IMG/VR virus record: IMGVR_UViG_3300026549_000073
Source: an uncultured virus (IMG/VR IMGVR_UViG_3300026549_000073)
Taxonomy: Duplodnaviria; Heunggongvirae; Uroviricota; Caudoviricetes; Schitoviridae
Length of the DNA stretch: 20,000 nucleotides
Direction: 5' to 3' (one strand)
Shown here: positions 8,749-16,673 of the stretch, piece by piece
How the letters are laid out: every line of letters begins with the position of its first letter
Position numbering within the stretch: position 1 is the stretch's first letter
Program-made: the position numbers and the translations under genes
Notes under the pieces: model-generated
What the model was told of the DNA's origin: nothing
The model's database searches: none
What the model saw: only the letters and a program-made list of their open reading frames with translations

Positions 8749-9282
8749 CTAGCCTGTAACACGTCTATCAGCAATCTTATTGTCATAAGCATGACTATTG
8801 CCTGTATTCTGTACAGCAGCTGTCTCATACTTTTGAGCCAAGTCATTATTATATGTCTTAGCAGCAGCATTAAAGTTCTTAGCATCTTGTGCCATATTAT
8901 AATAGAACTGATTTTTAGCTTGATTTAATGCTTGCTTAGCTAATTTATTCTGGTTCCAAGCACCAAATAATGAACCAATACCCTGTACTAAATCTAGACC
9001 TGTTTTAAAGGTTCCTGTATTTAAACCTAAGCCATCAGTAGTATTACTAATACCACCCCAGTTCTGACTATTCCAGTTACCAGCTATAGGAGCAGCGTTA
9101 GGTTTACCAAAGCCATTATTAATAGCTTCATTATATGAAGTACCTCCTGTAAAAGGTCCTGTCATATAATTATTTATATCTGTAGTGGCAGGAGCAGTAC
9201 CAAATAGACTGCCTCCTATCCAATTACTTAAATCAGATATACCACTAACTAAAGAATTATCTGTTAAACTGTTATAAAACAT
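8749..9282 (-). CDS. Small internal virion/ejection protein (N4 gp52-like; putative outer-membrane channel)
   Basis: 177 aa, no Cys; Gly-rich amphipathic segment GLDLVQGIGSLFGAW followed by helical NQNKLAKQALNQAKNQF...YNNDL; synteny. Confidence 0.75.
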   Translation of the reverse strand: MFYNSLTDNSLVSGISDLSNWIGGSLFGTAPATTDINNYMTGPFTGGTSYNEAINNGFGKPNAAPIAGNWNSQNWGGISNTTDGLGLNTGTFKTGLDLVQGIGSLFGAWNQNKLAKQALNQAKNQFYYNMAQDAKNFNAAAKTYNNDLAQKYETAAVQNTGNSHAYDNKIADRRVTG

Positions 9283-9289
9283 AAATCAC

Positions 9290-12088
9290 CTATGAATTAG
9301 TTGTTGCTAAATCTACTAATAAATCCGTATCTATATATTTATCTAAGTTAAGAAGTTCTGAGGTAAGGATTTCAGTAGAGTCGTCTGTATAACTTAGTAA
9401 GGTATTATTCCATTTAGAACCATTAACAATACCATCGTAGATTGGGTTAGTTTGTCTTGAGGTGATAGTCTGTACTAAGTTTTTAATATCAATGTTAGAA
9501 GTTTGTCCATATAAATCTTGATACATGGAACTTAAATCTTTCATTTTCTTATTATAATAATCATGATTTATTTCTGCCATAGAATTAAAAGCATTGGTTT
9601 CAGCAGTTAAGGCTTTATTTTGCTGATTAAAATAATCAGCTAATTGATTCATAGCAGTAGAAGCTATTTCTGCTCCTGCTTGCCATGCTTCCATACCATT
9701 AAAGAAACCACAGTAGTAACAAACTACTACAGTAATAACTATTTGGAATACTTGTCCAATAAAGGTATTACCAAATACAGCTTTAGCTATAGCTTTAACT
9801 ACCATAGCAATTACTACTGCTACTACTAATTTTAAGGCAGCTGTAACAACCATACCTACTACACCACCACCAACAAAGGCAGCAACTGCAGGGAAAACTG
9901 AGTTAGCATATGGACCTGAAGCAGAACCAAAGGAACAGATAGTAACAACAATAAAGATAATAATAACTACAATCCATACAACAATAGCAATCCACTTTTT
10001 CCAACCTTTATAATGAGGTTGTTCAAAGTGATATGATTCAGATATTAAAAAAGTTCCTCTAGTGATTAAATCATTTAAGTCACTCATAGGAAAGTTCTGC
10101 ATCATTGTTAAATCAAATGGAATAATAAAACCTGAATCATCATCTGCTATTTCTGCTTTATATTCTATAGATACATTATTAACAGTCTGAAAGTTTAATA
10201 CTACACCTTGATAAACATTCTGATGACCATAGTAAACAGAACCAGCATTATCATAGATATAACCACCAGCAGCCATAGTTTGAATAACCATAGGGTCATA
10301 GTAATGTTGGTATTCTATAATCTTATCAGCTCCATGAGAGGTATCTGTTTCTTTAATTACTTTAGGATGTTGCATAGCATAATTAAAACTATTAGCTGTA
10401 TTAGCTAAAGTAGCTTCAATAGTAGACCATGTATTACCCATACCATAATGACCTACTGGGTTATATAAAGCTAAACCTAATACAAGTATTTCTTGGTATG
10501 TCTCATTAGTATCTTGGTATCTAAATGCTACTCCGGGGCATGTAGCTGAATATTTATGAGGAGGTGTATCTTCATCTTCAGGTATAGATTCATCTTCTAA
10601 AATAGAAGGTGCATCTTCTATACCTGAAGGTACTACAAAGTATTGTCCTTTCTTGGCTCCAGCTTGAGCTACACCTTTTTTAGATAGGGATACCATACCT
10701 ACCCATACTATACCTCTAGCAGTAGTACCATTATTGGTATACCAAGAGATATAACCATTTAATTGAAATAGTTTATTACTCTTAAATGTAGAACCAAATG
10801 GAGCATACCAAGTAGGCTCTCCTTTAGCTGTATACCATTGATTTACTATATCTTCTGAGGTTAATCCTCTAGCTGTTAAAAAGTGTTGGTAGATATTCTT
10901 AAATAAGATATATAAGTACTTTTTACCTGCTTGGGTCTTTGTATTTAGATTAACACCAAACATCATATAAGCATTAGCCATTTCAATTTGATTTGGTGTA
11001 TCAGATACATTCTTATATAACTCAGGATATAAAGGTTTACCAAATAAACGTTTTACATACTGACAACATTTAGTATATGTATTAGAGTTCTTATCTATAT
11101 AATACAAGCCTTGTTTAAATGGAATCCAAGGAACAGGTATCATATTAAATGTAAGCTGTGATTTAGCCCATACAGCTACAATATTATCTAAATCTTCATT
11201 AGAACCATTAAGAGGATAACTAATATTTCTGTAGGTAATATTGTCCTCATCATCTGCTACTGAATAGTTAATATTAAGTACAGTAATAGAGGCAGGACTA
11301 TTAACTTGAATCTGTTTATAACCATCTGGTGTTTTAACTCCTGCTCCTAAATTATAAGCATAGTTAAATACACCTAAAGGTTCTGCATCAGTATCTGGAA
11401 CTTGTTCACCATCCTCATTTTCTTTAGTAGGATAAGTAGTAAGAGTATATAAAGCTATCTTGTCATATACATAGTATTCTAATTTATACTTATCTTCTCC
11501 ATTACTTTCTCCTGTTTTCTCGTTATATTTATATTTAGGGTTATCTAATAAATAAATAAACCTACCTTGAGATATTACTTGTTTAGTAGTATTCAAGGTA
11601 AGTTTTTCTTTATTACTAAAAGTAACTGTTATTACACCGGTATTTTCATCAAAATGCTGAGTGTAAGTATTACTAGAATACAGCTCATGATATGCTCCAA
11701 ATAAGTAACCATCTAAAGCTACTTGTAAGGAATTAGTGGTTACTTGATAATTATGTATAACTGCTTTAGGTGAACCAGTAAGGTTATTTAAGTAAGACTG
11801 TATAGCCTTACCTATATCTAATTTAGAACCAGCATAAGCATTACTGGTATCAGCAGAGAAACCAATAGCATTTGCATAGCCTGAATTTACTGCCCACCTA
11901 ACACCTGTTTTTAATCTAAAAGACATGCCTTGAAATAAGGCTTGTTGGAAATATTTACTAAAATAGGTCTCATTACTTAAAGCTACCCAATTAGTAGCCA
12001 TAGTACCTGTCCACGAAGTATATTGATGTGTGGACATATCAATACCTGTTACTGCTGTAGCAAAAGCAAAAACATCGTAATGAGCCAT
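9290..12088 (-). CDS. N4 gp53-like large structural protein with a C-terminal hydrophobic/TM region
   Basis: 932 aa; AYMMFGVNLNT and DDSGFIIP motifs; hydrophobic stretch KKWIAIVVWIVVIIIFIVV...; lies between the gp54- and gp52-like genes; AGGAG RBS. Confidence 0.75.
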   Translation of the reverse strand: MAHYDVFAFATAVTGIDMSTHQYTSWTGTMATNWVALSNETYFSKYFQQALFQGMSFRLKTGVRWAVNSGYANAIGFSADTSNAYAGSKLDIGKAIQSYLNNLTGSPKAVIHNYQVTTNSLQVALDGYLFGAYHELYSSNTYTQHFDENTGVITVTFSNKEKLTLNTTKQVISQGRFIYLLDNPKYKYNEKTGESNGEDKYKLEYYVYDKIALYTLTTYPTKENEDGEQVPDTDAEPLGVFNYAYNLGAGVKTPDGYKQIQVNSPASITVLNINYSVADDEDNITYRNISYPLNGSNEDLDNIVAVWAKSQLTFNMIPVPWIPFKQGLYYIDKNSNTYTKCCQYVKRLFGKPLYPELYKNVSDTPNQIEMANAYMMFGVNLNTKTQAGKKYLYILFKNIYQHFLTARGLTSEDIVNQWYTAKGEPTWYAPFGSTFKSNKLFQLNGYISWYTNNGTTARGIVWVGMVSLSKKGVAQAGAKKGQYFVVPSGIEDAPSILEDESIPEDEDTPPHKYSATCPGVAFRYQDTNETYQEILVLGLALYNPVGHYGMGNTWSTIEATLANTANSFNYAMQHPKVIKETDTSHGADKIIEYQHYYDPMVIQTMAAGGYIYDNAGSVYYGHQNVYQGVVLNFQTVNNVSIEYKAEIADDDSGFIIPFDLTMMQNFPMSDLNDLITRGTFLISESYHFEQPHYKGWKKWIAIVVWIVVIIIFIVVTICSFGSASGPYANSVFPAVAAFVGGGVVGMVVTAALKLVVAVVIAMVVKAIAKAVFGNTFIGQVFQIVITVVVCYYCGFFNGMEAWQAGAEIASTAMNQLADYFNQQNKALTAETNAFNSMAEINHDYYNKKMKDLSSMYQDLYGQTSNIDIKNLVQTITSRQTNPIYDGIVNGSKWNNTLLSYTDDSTEILTSELLNLDKYIDTDLLVDLATTNS

Positions 12089-12100
12089 AGTAACTATCTC

Positions 12101-13375
12101 CTATCCGGGTACAGAACCATTTAGATTATTTTGATGATTACCTGTAGTAGGTAAGCCAGCATTAGCATATACTTGGTCTACTACATTATTTAGAGCAGCA
12201 TTTTGCATAGAAGGAGGAGCTTCTACAGCATCATTCATACCCTTAGAAGTAATCCAAGCATTAGATGCAATATTAGCAGCATCAATACCTGCCTTTTGTT
12301 TAAAGGCAATAATCTGCTGAGATGCCACATCTTTTTGTTTACCTATTTGTCCTTTAACAGGTTGATTATCAGAACGTACATCTAGAGTTTGTGCTCTAGC
12401 GGTCTCAAATTGCTCTCCTAAGAGTTTAATTTGAGCAGACATAACTTCTATTTGTTTTTCTGAATGTTTTACAGAAGCACCAATAGAACCAGCAATAATA
12501 GTTCCATCTGTTCTAGTTCCTAGAGTCTGTCCTCTAGTAGCTTCCATTTGTTCCATAACTTGTGCAGTTTGTGCTTGAATATGTTTAGTCTGTTCAGGTA
12601 TTTGATTAGTCTGCGCAGTTAATTGTGCTGTCTGAGCTTGAATATGCTTAGTTTGCTCAGGTATCTGAGCAGTCTGGGTAGCTAACTGGGTAGTCTGAGC
12701 TTGGATATATTTAGTTTGTTCTGGTACTTGAGCGGTTTGAGCAACTATTTGTGCTGTTTGAGCTTCTATACGTTCTCTCTCTTTTAAGAGGTTATCATAT
12801 TGAGCTGTTAAATTAATATATTGCTCATGTAAATTAGCTAATGCTAATTTCTTATTAGCATATTCAGTTTGTGCTGTATAAGCTTGTATTTGAGCCAAAA
12901 CTAAAGATACTTTAGCTTTAATAGTCTCTATAGCAGCATTGATAGCAGTTAATTGTGAAGTAGTAGTAGTAATAAAAACTTGGTCTTTTTTTAATACAAA
13001 ATCTACTGCTTGTTGTAGAGCCATCTGCATAGCTGCTAAGTAAGCATTACTATAATCAGCACCTACTATGCGTCCTTGACTAAATTCTTTCTCAAGATGT
13101 TTAGATATAGCAGACATAAAAACATCAAAAGCACCTGCACCATCTGGGTCTTTAGTTGTAACTTCATCTACCGTAGCTGATATATGATAATTAAGAATTT
13201 TATCTAATAATTCTTGTGGGATATTAAATTCATTAAGGTCTACTTTTAACTTATCTAATCCAAAGTTATTAGATGTATTTAAATTATAATAAAGCTTTTC
13301 AGATAATTTATCTGATTCTTTATTATTAACTGAATTAGTATCAGTAAACCAATCTGTAAAGGTAGGTTTCTGCAT
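12101..13375 (-). CDS. N4 gp54-like structural protein (probable tail tube)
   Basis: 424 aa; G.GAFDVFM.AI..HL..EF..GRI.G..YS.AY and AQTLD.RSD...V.GQIGKQK...QQI....W.T.K motifs recalled from the gp54 family; AGGAGG RBS. Confidence 0.82.
   Translation of the reverse strand: MQKPTFTDWFTDTNSVNNKESDKLSEKLYYNLNTSNNFGLDKLKVDLNEFNIPQELLDKILNYHISATVDEVTTKDPDGAGAFDVFMSAISKHLEKEFSQGRIVGADYSNAYLAAMQMALQQAVDFVLKKDQVFITTTTSQLTAINAAIETIKAKVSLVLAQIQAYTAQTEYANKKLALANLHEQYINLTAQYDNLLKERERIEAQTAQIVAQTAQVPEQTKYIQAQTTQLATQTAQIPEQTKHIQAQTAQLTAQTNQIPEQTKHIQAQTAQVMEQMEATRGQTLGTRTDGTIIAGSIGASVKHSEKQIEVMSAQIKLLGEQFETARAQTLDVRSDNQPVKGQIGKQKDVASQQIIAFKQKAGIDAANIASNAWITSKGMNDAVEAPPSMQNAALNNVVDQVYANAGLPTTGNHQNNLNGSVPG
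12554..12763 (-). repeat. Ten tandem 21-nt (7-aa xQT) units forming three 63-nt higher-order repeats plus one heptad inside the gp54-like gene
   Basis: AQTAQIV AQTAQVP EQTKYIQ / AQTTQLA TQTAQIP EQTKHIQ / AQTAQLT AQTNQIP EQTKHIQ / AQTAQVM. Confidence 0.9.
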
Positions 13376-13388
13376 AAGAGCCTCCTAT

Positions 13389-13410
13389 TAAAAACCCCCT
13401 TATAGGGGGT
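13389..13410 (-). terminator. Intrinsic terminator after the gp55-like gene
   Basis: Minus strand ACCCCCT-ATA-AGGGGGT-TTTTA, followed closely by the AGGAGG RBS of the next gene. Confidence 0.8.
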
Positions 13411-13415
13411 AGTCA

Positions 13416-13994
13416 TTAATCAATTCTATTACCCGCTGCTTGTTCTTTAGCAAGCTCATCTAACTGTTCTTGTGTTAGTGGAGGTAAGATTTCAATATTA
13501 AACTCTGGTAGCTCTTGTGCTCTATCTATATTTGATAAATCATCTTTATCATTAGAAATACCACCAATATTTACATACTTCTTACTCTTTAAGAAGTTAT
13601 AAATACACATAGGAATATGCCATGATTCAGCAGCTTTACCTCTGAATGGAACATACTTAGTTACCTTACCAATAACAGAGTTAGCTACAGTATAATAATC
13701 ACCCATTAAATCTCTCTTATTAGGGTCATTATTAGCAATTTTACAACGTACTAACTTTAAAGCTTCTTCTCTACCATGTTTACGAATACGAGCTTGCTGT
13801 AATACAGGGTCATCTGTAGGAATATCATTATTTACTGTAGGTACTTCTTTATGTGGTTCCTGTACTTTATGTACTGGTTCTGCAGATGCTTCAGCAATTT
13901 TCTTCTGTAAAGCTTCTGCACCAATATTAGGTGAATACTTAATACCTAATTCTTTAGCTTGGTTCTTTAATTCATCTAGAGTTAATTCTTCCAT
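13416..13994 (-). CDS. N4 gp55-like conserved protein
   Basis: 192 aa; LK..A..LGIKYSPNIG.E.L N-terminus, ALKLVRC.I.N.DP.K..L.G...TVANS.IG.V.KYVPF, and C-terminal F.IEILPPLT.E.L..LA..Q; directly downstream of the capsid gene. Confidence 0.85.
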   Translation of the reverse strand: MEELTLDELKNQAKELGIKYSPNIGAEALQKKIAEASAEPVHKVQEPHKEVPTVNNDIPTDDPVLQQARIRKHGREEALKLVRCKIANNDPNKRDLMGDYYTVANSVIGKVTKYVPFRGKAAESWHIPMCIYNFLKSKKYVNIGGISNDKDDLSNIDRAQELPEFNIEILPPLTQEQLDELAKEQAAGNRID

Positions 13995-14006
13995 TTATAG
14001 TCTCCA

Positions 14007-14039
14007 TAAATAAATAAACCCGTGGATTTCACGGGTTTA
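14007..14039 (-). terminator. Intrinsic terminator after the major capsid gene
   Basis: Minus strand TAAACCCGTG-AAATC-CACGGGTTTA-TTTATTTAT, a perfect 10-bp stem. Confidence 0.85.
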
Positions 14040-14055
14040 ATATTATCACATTAAA

Positions 14056-15282
14056 TTAGTCTGCTGCTACAGTCTTAATAACTGCAATACGCTCAGGTCT
14101 CTTAATTAAAGTACCATACCAGAACTTCATAGATGAGAAACCAGTCTCACCATAAGGGTCACTACGGTCAGCTGTCTCACGACCTGGCATCTTAGTTGTA
14201 ACGTCAAACTTAACAGTCTTACCATCAGTCTGGAAACCAATAGTAGAGAATGAGTCTGAACCTACTACTAAGATAGGATAAATATCATATTTACCACCAG
14301 TCTCACGGTAGCCTGGATTGGTACTTACAGAAGCACCTGCACCTGCCCAGTGCTGCATCTCTGGCACCTGTACAAATCTGAAATGGTCAATAGAACCAAT
14401 CTCACCATTTAATACAGTAGTACCTGCTGCATACTTCTGTACCTCTACAAAGGCAGGATTACCAAATAAATCCTTCATACCCTTTAAGGTAGGTACTAAT
14501 TCTGAACCAACATAAGCAATACGAGCTGCTGGGATGGTCTTAGTATCTGTTAGACGAGTACCTGTAATAATCTTAGTATCACGAGGACAACGATTATCAG
14601 TTAAAATCTGGTCTAACTGCATTAGTGACTTATAGTCTACTAATGTAGGTGTAGAACCTTCACCTGTTACTGCTGAATCATCTGATACAGCACCCTTACC
14701 CGGATATAGAACAACACCTGCTGCATTTAACAGGTCCTTCTGTAACATATCCTCTGTAAGCTCTGAAGCACCATTCATTAACTCTCTAGCTAAGTGTGAC
14801 TGTAACTCAGCATCAGAATCGAAGTTTAAAGCATCACGAGAGAACTCATAGAACCAACCAAACTTAGCAATGGAGCCTTCACGAGCTAGACGAGTGAAAC
14901 CTACACGATTTACTCTACCACCATTCTCACCTAATACAGGTAACTTAGATGTAATAGTACCAATATCCTTAGATGAACCATACAAGTTACCATTTTCATA
15001 ATGAGCACCCTTAGCATCTAAGCCTTGGTCATTCTTGTTTCGGTCATCTAACAGAGGTACATACTGATAAACCTTAATACGCTTACCAAAATGCTTAGGC
15101 ATATCAATAGTAGATGCCAACTGCATAAATACCTGCTGTCTGCGAGCATCAATAATAGCCTTCTTTAGCCAGAAGAAGGTATTCATCTGTTTAGTAGAGT
15201 CAGTACCACCATTATAGTCAATAGATGCTGCTGTAGTATCTGGGTTTTTATACTGTAAACCTGAAAAATCACTTTCTGCCAT
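14056..15282 (-). CDS. Major capsid protein (N4 gp56 family)
   Basis: 408 aa; [68 protein letters not shown] and [20 protein letters not shown] are hallmark N4-type capsid motifs. Confidence 0.97.
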   Translation of the reverse strand: MAESDFSGLQYKNPDTTAASIDYNGGTDSTKQMNTFFWLKKAIIDARRQQVFMQLASTIDMPKHFGKRIKVYQYVPLLDDRNKNDQGLDAKGAHYENGNLYGSSKDIGTITSKLPVLGENGGRVNRVGFTRLAREGSIAKFGWFYEFSRDALNFDSDAELQSHLARELMNGASELTEDMLQKDLLNAAGVVLYPGKGAVSDDSAVTGEGSTPTLVDYKSLMQLDQILTDNRCPRDTKIITGTRLTDTKTIPAARIAYVGSELVPTLKGMKDLFGNPAFVEVQKYAAGTTVLNGEIGSIDHFRFVQVPEMQHWAGAGASVSTNPGYRETGGKYDIYPILVVGSDSFSTIGFQTDGKTVKFDVTTKMPGRETADRSDPYGETGFSSMKFWYGTLIKRPERIAVIKTVAAD

Positions 15283-15294
15283 AATTTAATTCCT

Positions 15295-16359
15295 TTAATA
15301 AGTACCACCAAACTTCTTCTCAAATTCTTCATCACTCATGGAGAGCCAATTTGGGGTAGTATCTGTTGATTTTGTATTTGCTCTTGTAGGAGCAGCTGCC
15401 TTAGCTCTTGCATTATTATCATATGAAGACTTAGGCATACGAGGTTGAGTAGCTAATGGTTGATTGTTCTGATTAGAAGGTGTTTGTTTAACTATTTGGT
15501 GACCAATAATGTTATAAGCTTCTAAGAAAGAAAGATTAGGGTCTAATGTACCCAAAGTCTTTTGGCGGTCCATCTCAGTAGTAATAACATCATAAAGACC
15601 TGCTTGTTTTTGTTTAAACAAATCATTCATTAATTCAGGATGGTCTACTAATGTACCTTTAGATTTATCATCATAAGAATTAAAAGTATCTAAAAGTTTC
15701 TTACCCTCTTCAGTGGCATTTAATCCTAAATATGCTTCTCTAAAGGCTACTTCTTTATCAGAAACAATATTAGAACCAGCTTGGTATTTAATCTCTGAAT
15801 CAGTATCAATGTCTAAAGGGTCAATATTATGGTCCTTTAAGAACTTCTTAATAGCTTCAGGATTACCTTTATTTAAGTCAATTAAAAAGGATAACTTTTC
15901 AGCATCTATTAAGTCATTATCTTTCAACATGTAATTTAACTTACGGTAAGGTGCAAGTTCCTGCATCTTCTTAGTATAGTTAGCACCTTGTTGAATTAGT
16001 TTAATAACTTCATCTTGGTTCTTTAGCTGAATAGTATGACCATTGGCTTTAATAGGAGCCATAACCTTATCATAGAAACCTTTATAGTCAATTTCTTGAG
16101 GGGTTTCTGTATTATTTTCAATATTATTTAATTTTTCTTTATTGTCAACATTTTCTAAAGATTCTTTATTATCTTCAGTCTTTGTTGATTCTTCAGACTC
16201 TGTAGAACTTGGCTCATTTGATTCAGCTGGAGTATTATCAGTTGGTTCAGTTGAAGGTTCTTGTTTAGTCTGAGCCTCTACTTCAGCTTCAGCCTTATGT
16301 AAATCTTCTTCAGACATCTGCATAATTTCATCATCTGTAGCATTAAAAATATCAGCCAT
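15295..16359 (-). CDS. N4 gp57-like protein (probable capsid scaffold; often labelled 'tape measure')
   Basis: 354 aa; acidic low-complexity N-terminus, DYK.FY.K.MAP.KANG..I, GANYTKKMQ.L.P.RK, LSFLIDL.K.NPEAIKK..KD..IDPLDID, C-terminal MSDEEFEK; its ATG overlaps the upstream stop (TAATG). Confidence 0.87.
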   Translation of the reverse strand: MADIFNATDDEIMQMSEEDLHKAEAEVEAQTKQEPSTEPTDNTPAESNEPSSTESEESTKTEDNKESLENVDNKEKLNNIENNTETPQEIDYKGFYDKVMAPIKANGHTIQLKNQDEVIKLIQQGANYTKKMQELAPYRKLNYMLKDNDLIDAEKLSFLIDLNKGNPEAIKKFLKDHNIDPLDIDTDSEIKYQAGSNIVSDKEVAFREAYLGLNATEEGKKLLDTFNSYDDKSKGTLVDHPELMNDLFKQKQAGLYDVITTEMDRQKTLGTLDPNLSFLEAYNIIGHQIVKQTPSNQNNQPLATQPRMPKSSYDNNARAKAAAPTRANTKSTDTTPNWLSMSDEEFEKKFGGTY

Positions 16360-16673
16360 TAGTTATCTTCCTCATTTAAATTATCAATATCAATTAACTG
16401 CTGTTGGGCAGTATCAGCTTTACCTTTAATACTTTCTAGGTAAAGCTTTAATATACTAGGGCATCTAGCAAAGAATAAAGCATTAGCTTTACTATCTTTA
16501 TCTTGATTAACCCTAGTACTTTGCTCTAAGTACTTTAGAGCAAAATCTTTACAAAAACCTTGATTAATAATTAATTTAAAATCTTCATTAGATTCTAAAC
16601 GTTCTAAGGCAACCCCTAGTTGGATTGCCTTATCACACTGTCTTTTAAATTCTTCTATCTCACTATTTGTCAT
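16359..16673 (-). CDS. N4 gp58-like small conserved protein
   Basis: 104 aa; ALERL..N.DFK.II..G motif; between portal and scaffold; ATGA overlap with the portal stop. Confidence 0.8.
   Translation of the reverse strand: MTNSEIEEFKRQCDKAIQLGVALERLESNEDFKLIINQGFCKDFALKYLEQSTRVNQDKDSKANALFFARCPSILKLYLESIKGKADTAQQQLIDIDNLNEEDN

Noticed and set aside
12554..12763. Periodic DNA repeat as a possible CRISPR array or DGR element
   Set aside because: In-frame coding repeat with synonymous divergence, no unique spacers, and no cas or reverse transcriptase genes nearby.
13394..13410. 3-nt-loop hairpin as a possible N4 vRNAP hairpin promoter
   Set aside because: vRNAP promoters lie in the early region. 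This one follows a stop codon and has a U tract, which fits a terminator.
14040..14060. Possible capsid read-through or frameshift extension, or an extended -10-like TGTGATAAT
   Set aside because: Stops follow within a few codons and a terminator comes immediately after; -10-like hexamers are common by chance in AT-rich DNA.
9644..15934. Short plus-strand ORFs at 9644, 10208, 12203, 14318 and 15713
   Set aside because: All are antisense to conserved structural genes, with low-information translations.
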